Under the pieces are notes generated by a model, which saw only the letters and a program-made list of their open reading frames with translations, searched no databases and was not told the origin of the DNA. Source: Bdellovibrio sp. (GTDB lineage: Bacteria > Bdellovibrionota > Bdellovibrionia > Bdellovibrionales > Bdellovibrionaceae). From it: a stretch of DNA of 64,000 bases. A program made the translations under genes and the position numbers. This document shows, one piece after another, positions 39,696 through 49,294 of the stretch (positions within the stretch are counted from its first letter, which is position 1; each line of letters begins with the position of its first letter). Where the stretch lies: the NCBI GenBank assembly GCA_036676395.1, contig JAKFCY010000002.1, forward strand, positions 1,440,001-1,504,000. The letters run 5' to 3'.

Positions 39696-40409
39696 GTGGA
39701 TCTAAAATCTTTTGTCATTGAATTAACAGGTGATGGAAGTCCTACATTGCGACTTAAAAAATCCTCGTCTGAAAAGCAGGCTGAATCTATGCATCACTCA
39801 GGCGGGGCCGCCGCTGAAACGCTTTATATCTACTCAGAACCGTTTAAAAAGACCTTGTCTGTCATTAAGCATGAAAATCCATCTATCGGCGTAGTTGGCT
39901 TAGGTTTAGGCTATATCGAACTTTCGATGGCACCATCACTGTCGAAAGCAAAGCTGGTTAGTTTTGAAAAAGACCAAGAGCTTGTAGAAAGTTTTAAATC
40001 CTGGATACATGGCCACGAAAATAAAACCTACGACTTAATTTGTGAAAAGCTTAATGTTGATAAATCATCTGTATTAAAAAAGTTAAATTCCTTAGACTGG
40101 CACTGCGCGGGCGAATTAACCCTTAAAACTAAAACAAGTCATCCATTTAATTTTATCGCTTACGATGCTTTTAGCCAGTTTACCGATGGCCCGTTGTGGA
40201 CCGATGGATTTTTAGATTTTTTTCTTACAAATTTATGCGCAAAAGATTGTGTGTTTGCAACATACGCTTGTACGGGTTTATTAAAACGGGCGCTGCTTAG
40301 AAATAATTTTGTCTTTATCAAACGCCCTGGGTTTACCGGAAAACGCGATGCCACCTTGGCGCTTCGCGGAGAATTTATGTCTCATCAACATCTTTTCCAA
40401 AACGTTTAA
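39696..40409 (+). CDS. MnmC-type (MnmD) SAM-dependent methyltransferase domain, stand-alone
   Basis: TGDGSPTL, ESMHH..GA..ET.YIY, GLGLGY, YDAFS…LW, ATYA, PGF.GKR. Confidence 0.82.
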   Translation: MDLKSFVIELTGDGSPTLRLKKSSSEKQAESMHHSGGAAAETLYIYSEPFKKTLSVIKHENPSIGVVGLGLGYIELSMAPSLSKAKLVSFEKDQELVESFKSWIHGHENKTYDLICEKLNVDKSSVLKKLNSLDWHCAGELTLKTKTSHPFNFIAYDAFSQFTDGPLWTDGFLDFFLTNLCAKDCVFATYACTGLLKRALLRNNFVFIKRPGFTGKRDATLALRGEFMSHQHLFQNV

Positions 40410-41184
40410 TGTAATCCATAACTAGCGCTTGCATTTCATCATTCAAATTAACGAACTTTAATCCCACATAGCCATCAAGGCCTGCGTAGGTCACTTCAGC
40501 AGTTAATGTTAGCGGAGAATAAAAATGCGGACTTGTTAATTGGCCGTGAATAGTTTCACCTAACTTTAATTCAAAATTATCAGTAATTCCCATACCATTA
40601 TGGCTGATCGTGATCACACGCGCATTGATTTTGCTTCCAGATCCCACTAGTGATCCGCTAAATTGGGCAAGGATTGGAACGCGTTGATTTTCTCTGCGTG
40701 TAAGACCTAAGCGTTGCACGATATCCGGCATTGAATAGATCTCTTTCCATTCTTTTTCTTTTTTATCAAAGATTGAAATCTTCGAGACATCTTCTTGTTT
40801 GGCCGTAAAAGTCGTTAATTCTTCTTTCGTCATTTCGCCTTTATCAACAAAGTCATATTGCACACGAAATTTTTCAACAGTATGAGCTTTAATATCTTCA
40901 ATCACGTCAGTTTTTGAAACGCGCGCAGGCTTATCAAAAATACTTTTTGGCGGCGGTGTGTAGGTAGCCTCTGTTGACGAGGCCATTTGTGCTTGGTTTT
41001 GTGCCGGTGTAGGCGCGTTGGCTTCAGGGTTCCATTTATCAGCGCGAATCCATTCTGAATAACCACGTGACCATAAAAATGTTGTCTGCATCTGATCATT
41101 AAGACTATGCATTTGATCTTTAATTTCTTCAGTCGAAAAAGGACCTTTAATAAAGTTATTAGCGTTAATAAACCATTTATTCAT
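40375..41184 (-). CDS. GYF_2 + PilZ domain protein
   Basis: N-terminal WF…GPFS…W..G..EW (GYF_2-like); RENQR (RxxxR) and ISHNG; C-terminal GLKF. Confidence 0.75.
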   Translation of the reverse strand: MNKWFINANNFIKGPFSTEEIKDQMHSLNDQMQTTFLWSRGYSEWIRADKWNPEANAPTPAQNQAQMASSTEATYTPPPKSIFDKPARVSKTDVIEDIKAHTVEKFRVQYDFVDKGEMTKEELTTFTAKQEDVSKISIFDKKEKEWKEIYSMPDIVQRLGLTRRENQRVPILAQFSGSLVGSGSKINARVITISHNGMGITDNFELKLGETIHGQLTSPHFYSPLTLTAEVTYAGLDGYVGLKFVNLNDEMQALVMDYIKRFGKDVDET

Positions 41185-42328
41185 GAACTTCCTCGTTTAA
41201 AAATTTTAAAATCTCATTTTTTTGATTTAAACAATCGCTATGCCCCATTGAAATCAAATTATTGCAGAAGTCACTGTCAAATAAAAGATAACTTAAAAGC
41301 TCACTCGCTTCATCTAAATTACCAAAAGCATTTATCGTCATACGTAAAATACGAGGAATGTGATGAGCTTTAGTGCGCGCAAGTTCGCCGATATCTTGAC
41401 TTGGCGAAATGCAAATCGCCGGAATTTTTTTCAACGTGTTGGCTTTAAAATGGGTGTTGCTCGCAGTGGCTTCGTCGTAAAGATCATTTAATCTTTGAAT
41501 GCGATGAACATCTTGTTCAACTGAATCAAGCATCACAGCATTCAATAACGTATTTAGAATTCTTACCATTGAAGCTTCGTGTATTTCTTTTGAATTTTCT
41601 TTGAGCGGAGCGCCGCCGCTGCTGTTCGCAGATCTAACGCCGATCACCAAAAGTTTATTTGCTCCCATGCGAATCGAAGGGCTGCAGGGTGTACTATTGC
41701 GAACACAGCCATCGCCGTACGGCTCGCCGTTGATTTGAATTGGCGGAAACAACATCGGAATCGCTGAGCTGGCTAAGATGTGTTCTGATGTTAATTGCGA
41801 ATGAACAGCTTTTCTACGGATTTCTTTCCACTTAAGCATCGATTCGTTCACGCGTGAAGCGGTTTGAACAAAACTTACGGCGCTATTTCTAGAATAGTTG
41901 TTCGCCGTAATGATTACGCTATCAAACAATCCTTTTTCTAGGTTTGGCTGCACATTTGAAAAATCGCAATTTTTGTCAATCAGATTTTTAAGTGGTGAAG
42001 TGTCTAATAGAGAGTTAAACGTCTTTTTCTTTCCTAACAATGCGCCCAATCCAAGTGTGTTTAAAGACATAATATCAGCTTTAAACACCTGATCAGTTTT
42101 AATCTTTGCCCAGAGCTGTACTAATTCAACAACGGCTGAGTGAAAATCCTTGGTCGTTGAAGCAAGTTTAGCTGTATTTATTGCGCCGGCACTGGTGCCG
42201 GATAAAATCCGAAATGGAGGGGCAATTTTCTCTTTTTTTAAAATTTCAGAAATCCCCTGAAGAACTCCGACTTGATAGGCTCCGCGGGCACCACCGCCAG
42301 ATAAAACTAAAGCTGTATTATTACTCAT
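41177..42328 (-). CDS. Patatin-like phospholipase
   Basis: LSGGGARG, GTSAG, ASSAIP, DG motif; ATG at 42328 or 42343. Confidence 0.92.
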   Translation of the reverse strand: MSNNTALVLSGGGARGAYQVGVLQGISEILKKEKIAPPFRILSGTSAGAINTAKLASTTKDFHSAVVELVQLWAKIKTDQVFKADIMSLNTLGLGALLGKKKTFNSLLDTSPLKNLIDKNCDFSNVQPNLEKGLFDSVIITANNYSRNSAVSFVQTASRVNESMLKWKEIRRKAVHSQLTSEHILASSAIPMLFPPIQINGEPYGDGCVRNSTPCSPSIRMGANKLLVIGVRSANSSGGAPLKENSKEIHEASMVRILNTLLNAVMLDSVEQDVHRIQRLNDLYDEATASNTHFKANTLKKIPAICISPSQDIGELARTKAHHIPRILRMTINAFGNLDEASELLSYLLFDSDFCNNLISMGHSDCLNQKNEILKFLNEEVHE

Positions 42329-42493
42329 AGTCCTAGTCTTCACTAGAGATTGGCCATTTGTCAGTAGTCACAAATCAGTGACTAGACTTCGGACCCGTTA
42401 AGCAAGAGATGTCACTGTCTCAGAGTGACTCGTAAAATTGAGTGGATTTGCATCATGATGAGACGTTTTCTGTCTCGTTTTAAGAGGGTGGAT

Positions 42494-42508
42494 TGGCATC
42501 TTTGTTGT
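42494..42508 (+). promoter_or_regulatory. Putative sigma54 promoter
   Basis: TGGCATCTTTGTTGT (GG-N10-GT) about 40 bp upstream of the 42550 start. Confidence 0.5.
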
Positions 42509-42549
42509 ATCTCTAACAAACATAGGTCTTAACGAAAAAGCGAGGTTTT

Positions 42550-43113
42550 ATGAAAAACTTAAACTTAAACAAAACGATTCTCTTATTGTTATTAGCAACA
42601 TTTGCTTTTTCGGGTCTATCTTGCGCAAAAAAAGAATCAAAAATTCGTGGAGCTAAAACAAACCAGCAAGTGATGAATCCTCAAGTTACAAACCAATCAA
42701 TCACTGTCGCCGAAACACAAGATATCAGTTATATGTTAAATTCAGTTTCTATTCCTGAAGCCAACCAAGATGGATCAAATACAGTAACCTCTGAAATCGT
42801 GAGTCGCGCTTCTAACTTTATTCCTATATATACAACCCACACCGAGAACCAAGATTCTTACGGAATTCATGACGATGCTTCTCAAGGCACTAAATTGGAT
42901 ATCCGCGCTCGTTGTATCGGAGCTGCTTGCGAAAAATACGTGCTTTTGGTGACGGTAGTTAAAAATGGGTATGCTTATCATCAAATGGCAGCAATTTCGT
43001 TTAAAGATGATAATTTTTTCTATGTCGAACAAAGAAATTACCGCGTTGCTCAGATGTATAAAAACGTAGATGAAGTGCTGGCGCAAAACGCAAATCTACA
43101 AGCCGGAAACTAA
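42550..43113 (+). CDS. Hypothetical lipoprotein
   Basis: Lipobox-like GLSC; Cys pair CIGAAC; GAGG RBS. Confidence 0.75.
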   Translation: MKNLNLNKTILLLLLATFAFSGLSCAKKESKIRGAKTNQQVMNPQVTNQSITVAETQDISYMLNSVSIPEANQDGSNTVTSEIVSRASNFIPIYTTHTENQDSYGIHDDASQGTKLDIRARCIGAACEKYVLLVTVVKNGYAYHQMAAISFKDDNFFYVEQRNYRVAQMYKNVDEVLAQNANLQAGN

Positions 43114-43148
43114 TTGTTCTTCTTAAAATAAATCTATAAGCTCATGGA

Positions 43149-43796
43149 ATGTCTGAATTAATACATTCCATTTTGAATCTTGATCAAACTCTAAATCTTT
43201 GGCTTCAGCTTTACGGATCAGGTGTATATCTGGTTTTGTTTTTAATTATCTTTGCTGAAACAGGTCTGGTCATTATGCCATTCTTGCCAGGCGATTCTTT
43301 GCTATTTGCAGCCGGCGCACTGTGTGCGATTAATCCCGTTGATATAAAAATTGAGTTTTTAATCCCTTTGTTGATCTGTGCATCTTTGATAGGCGATAGT
43401 TTAAACTATTACGTGGGTCTTAAATATGGTCGAAGACTCTTTGAATCTAAACACTCGTTAAGTTTTCTTTTTTCACCAAAGTATCTTCAAGCGACAGAAG
43501 AATTCTATATAAAGAAGGGCTTATGGGCGGTTTCTCTAGCGCGGTTTTTCCCCATCATTAGAACTTTTGCTCCGTTTGTAGCAGGTCTTACGAAAATGCC
43601 TTATAAGGTTTTTGTTAAAATGTCGATTTTAGGATCTATCGCCTGGGTGAGCATTTTTGCTACCGCTGGGTATCTATTTGGCCAAATCCCCTTTGTCCAA
43701 AACAACTTCACAATCCTAGTAATGGGTGTAGTTGGGTTGTCATTGACACCATTTTTAGTGGGTATAATTAAGCGAACATTCGTGAAAAGTTTATAA
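43149..43796 (+). CDS. dedA: DedA family membrane protein
   Basis: FAETGL..PFLPGDSLLF, ARFFPIIRTFAPFVAG. Confidence 0.92.
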   Translation: MSELIHSILNLDQTLNLWLQLYGSGVYLVLFLIIFAETGLVIMPFLPGDSLLFAAGALCAINPVDIKIEFLIPLLICASLIGDSLNYYVGLKYGRRLFESKHSLSFLFSPKYLQATEEFYIKKGLWAVSLARFFPIIRTFAPFVAGLTKMPYKVFVKMSILGSIAWVSIFATAGYLFGQIPFVQNNFTILVMGVVGLSLTPFLVGIIKRTFVKSL

Positions 43797-43852
43797 ACTA
43801 AGCACAATTTATGTTTTTTTCACTAAATTAGAGTTGAATTGACCCCAAATAA

Positions 43853-43867
43853 TGGCACTATCTTTGC
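43853..43867 (+). promoter_or_regulatory. Sigma54 promoter, consensus match
   Basis: TGGCACTATCTTTGC = TGGCAC-N5-TTGC upstream of the 43934 gene. Confidence 0.65.
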
Positions 43868-43933
43868 GATCGACCTATCTAAAAGGCTAGGTCCTAATTT
43901 TAGGAAAATAAACAATACTTAAGGGGGAATTAA

Positions 43934-44965
43934 GTGAAACTAAATCTAATCGCAGCATTATTATTATGCGCATCGGTAGCAACAGCTGCCTCAGAAACAA
44001 CGACAACAACAACGACGACTACAGCAGCTCCGGCTACTGAAGCTCCTGCAAAAGCTGTTAAAAAAGCTAAGAAAAAAGCAGCAGCTAAAAAAGACGAAAA
44101 GAAAGACAGCGCAACAGTAGCTCCAGCGACTACAGCTCCTGCAGCAGCAATCGCTCCAGCAGCGGCTACTTCAACTGCAGCGGCTCCTGCGGTACAAGCT
44201 CCAGCTAAAAAATGGGGTGTAACTTTACTTAACGAAATCGATGCTGACTATGCAGCTGGTAAAGATTTAGGTAATTCAACTCTTACGACAATCAACTACG
44301 TTGCAGCTTCTTATAAAATCACTGCAACTGAAAAAGTTGGCTTACGTCAGTATTACACATATGACTACGATCCTAAATCTGAAAAATCTTTTGAATCTTC
44401 AGACATCAAACAGTCATTCACAGTAGCGACTATCGGTACTAAAATGAAAGGTATCTTAGGTTCTGATGATATCTCTCCAATGTTCTGGTACTACATGCCA
44501 GGCCATACAGCTGAAGAAACTAACTTCGGTAAAGACATGGATAATTTCGCAGGTATCTTACGTATGGATGCTGAATTAAATTACACGTTAAATCCTAAAT
44601 GGTCTGCTTCTTACTACTTAAATCCACGTCAAACTTTAGGTGCGACTGATAAAGAAGCTAACTTTGAAGCGACTTCTCGTTTAATTCACTACGCTAACTT
44701 ATACTACAATGTTTCTGATGAGACTCAAGTATACGCTAACGCAGGTTTTGATCACAAAATGGCTACGGCTAACTTAACATCTACTTCTGATTACTACTTA
44801 TCAGCAGTTGGTTTTTCTACTTCTTTCTTTGGTGGTAAATTAACTTTAAATCCAGAAGTTAACGTTGCAACAGCTTTAAAAACTAAAGGTGCTGCTACTA
44901 AATCTCAAGAATTATACAAAAAAGAAAATATCGCTTACGCTTTCGTAACTGTTATTGCTCTTTAA
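43934..44965 (+). CDS. Probable abundant outer membrane beta-barrel protein with Thr/Ala/Lys low-complexity N-terminus
   Basis: Signal peptide, poly-Thr, AKAVKKAKKKAAAKK, APA repeats, aromatic beta strands; strongly biased codons; own terminator. Confidence 0.7.
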   Translation: MKLNLIAALLLCASVATAASETTTTTTTTTAAPATEAPAKAVKKAKKKAAAKKDEKKDSATVAPATTAPAAAIAPAAATSTAAAPAVQAPAKKWGVTLLNEIDADYAAGKDLGNSTLTTINYVAASYKITATEKVGLRQYYTYDYDPKSEKSFESSDIKQSFTVATIGTKMKGILGSDDISPMFWYYMPGHTAEETNFGKDMDNFAGILRMDAELNYTLNPKWSASYYLNPRQTLGATDKEANFEATSRLIHYANLYYNVSDETQVYANAGFDHKMATANLTSTSDYYLSAVGFSTSFFGGKLTLNPEVNVATALKTKGAATKSQELYKKENIAYAFVTVIAL

Positions 44966-45011
44966 TTTTAAAATTTTGCCGCAGGCGAATAGCCTAACAA
45001 AATATTAGAAT

Positions 45012-45049
45012 AAACGAAAAGCCGGTTGAAAAACCGGCTTTTTGCGTTT
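45012..45049 (+). terminator. Intrinsic terminator
   Basis: AAAAGCCGGTT-GAAA-AACCGGCTTTT. Confidence 0.85.
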
Positions 45050-45059
45050 TAGATATGTT

Positions 45060-45371
45060 ATGCGCATACGACAAATGGGATTCTCATCAAAGCTTAAAGC
45101 CCATAAGCATCTACTGACTCTTGAAACTTTAAAATTTATCTCTGAATTTATGGAAGACGGTAATGCCCGGGGCGCAGCTCTTCGCATTGGCATTCCTGAA
45201 ACCTATGCTGGTCGCTACGGCCAATGGCTTAAGAAGCACAGCTTTGTAAAACAAGCCATGGAATCAGAATTAGACGACCGCGAACTCTTAAAACTTCGTA
45301 AAGCTCTGAGTGAAATCGATCGTCAGATGCAAGTCTGTAAGGATATTTTAAATCTTGAAGAAATCGAGTAA
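45060..45371 (+). CDS. Small HTH + coiled-coil protein (IS3 OrfA-like architecture)
   Basis: AALRIGI…W HTH-like segment, then ELLKLRKALSEIDRQMQVCKDIL; ATG at 45060 or 45075. Confidence 0.55.
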   Translation: MRIRQMGFSSKLKAHKHLLTLETLKFISEFMEDGNARGAALRIGIPETYAGRYGQWLKKHSFVKQAMESELDDRELLKLRKALSEIDRQMQVCKDILNLEEIE

Positions 45372-45387
45372 GGCCGAAAAGAGTAGA

Positions 45388-45990
45388 TTAGTACTCTTCA
45401 GCGCCATCATCAACTTCGTTAGTTAACGCTTCACCGGCTGGTAAATATGGTAGGGGATCAATTGGTCCGTCAGCTTTTCTGATTTCGAAATGCAAATGCG
45501 GTCCAGAAGATCTGCCTGTGTTACCTAAGGCTCCGATCACATCGCCTTGTTTTACGCGTTGGCCTTCGTAGACAACGATCTTATCTAAATGGCCGTAAAG
45601 CGTAGCCCAGCCATCTTTTTCGACCATAACCATCTTGCCATAGCCCTTAAACTCTTTGCCTGTGTAGATCACCATGCCGTCGTGTGAAGACATAACGGCC
45701 GTTCCACGTTGCGCAGCTAAATCAATGCCTTTGTGTGGGCGTTTGCGCTTACGTGTGACCTTAGGTAAGAATCCGCGCGACATACGAGCTTCTTGAACTG
45801 GCCAGTCAAAAAAGGGCTTTTCTTTAAAGCGTTGGGGTTTGCTTTTTTTAAATGAATTGGTGTCTTTATCAATTTCAACTTTTACTTCTTCGCCATTTTC
45901 GTTTTTAACGGGCGCACTTGTGCAGCCTGATTCAGTAAGTAGAACTAAAGCCGTGATTGATAAAACTAATAAATTGGAAAACTTTTGCAT
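45388..45990 (-). CDS. M23 family metallopeptidase, probable lipoprotein
   Basis: HKGID (HxxxD), YGHL, GPHLHFE; ESGC lipobox-like. Confidence 0.92.
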   Translation of the reverse strand: MQKFSNLLVLSITALVLLTESGCTSAPVKNENGEEVKVEIDKDTNSFKKSKPQRFKEKPFFDWPVQEARMSRGFLPKVTRKRKRPHKGIDLAAQRGTAVMSSHDGMVIYTGKEFKGYGKMVMVEKDGWATLYGHLDKIVVYEGQRVKQGDVIGALGNTGRSSGPHLHFEIRKADGPIDPLPYLPAGEALTNEVDDGAEEY

Positions 45991-47228
45991 AGTTCTTTCA
46001 CTTGGTTGTGTATTCTTTGATGTAATTCTGTGTTTTCTGGATTTTTTAAAACTTGAGAAATCCAGCCTGCGATGGTTTTCATTTCGGCTTCTTTCATCCC
46101 ACGCGTTGTTAAAGCCGGTGACCCAATACGGATACCACTTGTTACAAACGGAGAACGAGTTTCATTCGGCACTGTGTTTTTATTTACTGTAATGCCTGCT
46201 AAATCTAAAATGCCTTCAGCCACTTTACCAGTTACCGTGTCTGCCACTTTAGATTGTTTTAAATCGACTAAAATTAAATGATTATCTGTACCGCCGGTGA
46301 CGATATTAAAGCCTTCTGCTTTTAATTCTTCAGCTAAGACGCGGGCATTTTTAATAACATGATCAATGTAGGTTTTAAATTCTGGCTGCAGAGCTTCGCC
46401 AAAGGCGACCGCTTTACCTGCGATCACGTGTTCTAACGGTCCACCTTGAATGCCTGGAAATATTTTTGAATTGATCGTTTTAGCTTTTTCTTCTGAATTA
46501 GTTAGAATTAAACCACCACGAGGACCGCGTAATGTTTTGTGCGTGGTAGATGTTGTGTAATCAGCGAATTCAACAGGTGACTGGTGATGACCGCTGGCAA
46601 CTAGGCCTGCAAAGTGAGCCATATCAACTAATAATTCTGCACCTACTTCATTTGCGATTTCACGAAATTTTGCAAAATCTAAATGTCGTGAATATGCAGA
46701 ATAACCTGCGATAATTAATTTAGGTTTTACTTCGCGAGCTGTAGTGCGAATGGTGTCGTAATTAATTAATCCTGTCGTTGGATCTAATTTGTAGCTTGCG
46801 GCTTTGAAAAGCAGTCCAGAAAAATTAACAGGCGAGCCATGAGTTAAATGCCCACCGTGAGATAAATCCATTCCTAAAATAGTGTCACCAGCTTTTACCG
46901 CAGCCAAGTACACCGCCATATTAGCTTGTGATCCCGCATGGGGTTGGACGTTTGCAAATTTAGAATTAAAAAGTTTTTTCGCACGCTCGATAGCAATTGA
47001 TTCTACACCATCCACGAACTGGCAGCCGCCGTAATAGCGTTTTCCTGGATAACCTTCAGCGTATTTATTTGTAAGAATTGAACCTTGGGCTTTCATCACT
47101 TGAGGTGATGTGTAATTTTCAGAAGCGATCATTTCTAAACCAAACTTTTGGCGCTCGAACTCTTGATCGATCAAATTAAATACATCTGTATCGTTAAAAT
47201 TAGGAAAAACATTAGTAGTAGTGGCCAT
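45966..47228 (-). CDS. glyA: Serine hydroxymethyltransferase
   Basis: [25 protein letters not shown]. Confidence 0.98.
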   Translation of the reverse strand: MATTTNVFPNFNDTDVFNLIDQEFERQKFGLEMIASENYTSPQVMKAQGSILTNKYAEGYPGKRYYGGCQFVDGVESIAIERAKKLFNSKFANVQPHAGSQANMAVYLAAVKAGDTILGMDLSHGGHLTHGSPVNFSGLLFKAASYKLDPTTGLINYDTIRTTAREVKPKLIIAGYSAYSRHLDFAKFREIANEVGAELLVDMAHFAGLVASGHHQSPVEFADYTTSTTHKTLRGPRGGLILTNSEEKAKTINSKIFPGIQGGPLEHVIAGKAVAFGEALQPEFKTYIDHVIKNARVLAEELKAEGFNIVTGGTDNHLILVDLKQSKVADTVTGKVAEGILDLAGITVNKNTVPNETRSPFVTSGIRIGSPALTTRGMKEAEMKTIAGWISQVLKNPENTELHQRIHNQVKELCKSFPIY

Positions 47229-47243
47229 AGATACCTCGCTGTC

Positions 47244-47696
47244 TTAGCAGTATGACGGATTTTCGCCAAGTTTTGCAACTCGCAACGTGTGACGACCTTC
47301 GCTGAATTTTGCTTCCATAAATAGCTTGATCCATTTATTTGCTTGTTCTGTAGTGGTAAAGCGAGAACCCATGCAAATTACATTGGCATTGTTATGTTCT
47401 TTAGCAAGTTTTGCAATTTCATCTGAATGTAAAAGAGCTGCGCGGATATGCTTAAATTTATTTGCACGCATCGCCATGCCCTGGCCTGAGCCACAAACTA
47501 AAATACCGAAAGTATCAGCATCATCGGGTTTAATTTTTTCACATACTTTATTGGCAAAGTCAGGATAGTCTACTGACTCTGTTGTAAACGGACCGAAGTC
47601 TGAAACTTCATAACCTTCAGCTTTTAATTGAGTAACAATAGCGGCTTTTAGGTCGATCGCTGCATGATCGCCTGCAATTAAGATTTTTTTAGTCAT
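47244..47696 (-). CDS. rpiB: Ribose-5-phosphate isomerase B
   Basis: DHA, DYPD, CGSGQG, HNNAN, GRH. Confidence 0.95.
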   Translation of the reverse strand: MTKKILIAGDHAAIDLKAAIVTQLKAEGYEVSDFGPFTTESVDYPDFANKVCEKIKPDDADTFGILVCGSGQGMAMRANKFKHIRAALLHSDEIAKLAKEHNNANVICMGSRFTTTEQANKWIKLFMEAKFSEGRHTLRVAKLGENPSYC

Positions 47697-47710
47697 ACGT
47701 TAATCGTATG

Positions 47711-48979
47711 TTATTTTTCGAATTTTGAGAAAACTAAACAGCTGTTTGTCCCACCGAATCCAAAAGAATTATTCATCACATGATTAATTTGACCTTTGCG
47801 CGCCGTGTTCGGAACGTAATCAAGGTCACAATCAGGGCTAACATTCTCTAGATTGATCGTTGGAGCTACTGTTTGCGATACGATAGACTGAATACAAAAC
47901 GCTGATTCTAAAGCTCCTGCAGCCCCTAATAAGTGGCCAGTCATAGACTTCGTTGAAGAAACCCAAACTTTTTTTGCATGATCTTTTAAAATAGACTTAA
48001 CGGCGTTTGATTCAATGGGATCACCCATCGGCGTCGAAGTTCCGTGAGCGTTAATGTAATTCACTTGCTCAGGCTTAATACCAGCATCAGTTAATGCATT
48101 GTTCATCGCTAAGATAAATCCTGCACCATTTGGTTCTGGAGAAGTGATATGGTACGCATCTGATGAGGCGCCATAGCCTGTAATTTCACATAAAATATTG
48201 GCATTGCGTTTTATTGCTGACTCTAAAGATTCAATCACAAAAATTGCGCAACCTTCACCAAGAACAAAACCATCACGGTCTTTATCCCAAGGACGACTGG
48301 CTTTTGTTGGATCATCATTACGAGTTGATAGCGCACGCATATTGCTAAAACCAGCGATCGCTAAAGGACAGATTGTAGATTCTGTACCGCCTGCAACCAT
48401 GGCATCAGCAAGGCCAAAACGAATGTAATTATAAGCTTCGCCGATGGAATGCACACCCGAAGCGCAAGCTGAAGCTATGCTGTAACTTGGACCTTTAAGG
48501 TTATGATTCATCGAGATCCAGCCTGCAGCTAAATTTGTAATTGCCGCCGGAATAAAAAATGGAGACACGCGCGAAGGGCCACGCTCCATCACTTTAGTAT
48601 GTTGTTCTTCGATAATTGGAAGACCGCCCATACCAGATCCGATGATGGCACCCACACGTGGAGCCAAGGCATCAGACACTGTTAATCCTGATTGAGTAAA
48701 TGCCATTTTCGCACAAGCAATCGCGTAATGGATAAAAGTATCCATTTTCTTTTGCTCTTTTTTCTCAATGTAGGTGTCAGGATTAAAATTTTTAACTTCA
48801 CCGCCGAAGCGAACATCGAACTTACTAGTATCAAATTTAGTGATATTAGCGATACCTGAAACGCCGTTAATGGCATTGTTCCAAGTGTCTTCAAGTGAAT
48901 TACCAAGCGGGGAGATGACTCCCATGCCTGTAATTACAACTCTTTGCTGTCCGCCTTTGCGAGTGAAAGAAATAGACAT
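47711..48979 (-). CDS. fabF: Beta-ketoacyl-ACP synthase II
   Basis: SACASG, NAHGTST, KSMTGH, NSFGFGG. Confidence 0.96.
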   Translation of the reverse strand: MSISFTRKGGQQRVVITGMGVISPLGNSLEDTWNNAINGVSGIANITKFDTSKFDVRFGGEVKNFNPDTYIEKKEQKKMDTFIHYAIACAKMAFTQSGLTVSDALAPRVGAIIGSGMGGLPIIEEQHTKVMERGPSRVSPFFIPAAITNLAAGWISMNHNLKGPSYSIASACASGVHSIGEAYNYIRFGLADAMVAGGTESTICPLAIAGFSNMRALSTRNDDPTKASRPWDKDRDGFVLGEGCAIFVIESLESAIKRNANILCEITGYGASSDAYHITSPEPNGAGFILAMNNALTDAGIKPEQVNYINAHGTSTPMGDPIESNAVKSILKDHAKKVWVSSTKSMTGHLLGAAGALESAFCIQSIVSQTVAPTINLENVSPDCDLDYVPNTARKGQINHVMNNSFGFGGTNSCLVFSKFEK

Positions 48980-48988
48980 AAAATAGTC

Positions 48989-49225
48989 TTAAGCTTTGCC
49001 TTTAGAAACTAGGTAGCTTTGCACGTCATTAACTGTTTTTAATTTTTCAGCGTCTTCATCAGGAATTTCGATATCGAATTCTTCTTCCATCGCCATAACT
49101 AATTCAACGATATCTAAGCTGTCAGCGCCTAAGTCTTCAATGAATTTTGACTCTAATTTTACTTTCTCAGGATCTACGCCTAATTGATCAACGATGATAT
49201 CTTTTACTTTAGCTTGTACTGCCAT
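48989..49225 (-). CDS. acpP: Acyl carrier protein
   Basis: [12 protein letters not shown]; start at ATG 49225 behind AAGGAG. Confidence 0.97.
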   Translation of the reverse strand: MAVQAKVKDIIVDQLGVDPEKVKLESKFIEDLGADSLDIVELVMAMEEEFDIEIPDEDAEKLKTVNDVQSYLVSKGKA

Positions 49226-49294
49226 GTGGTTCTCCTTGTAGTTCTTGTATCTTTCAAATTTAATTGAATTTAAATTAATATCCAAATTTATGTT

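Noticed and set aside
41177..42343. Patatin as a CBASS CapV effector
   Set aside because: No CD-NTase or Cap2/Cap3 nearby; context is not a defence island
43996..44210. ACA/ACG and GCT-CCA tandem-like DNA repeats
   Set aside because: Explained by the low-complexity Thr/Ala/Pro protein linker; codons vary, so not a phase-variable tract
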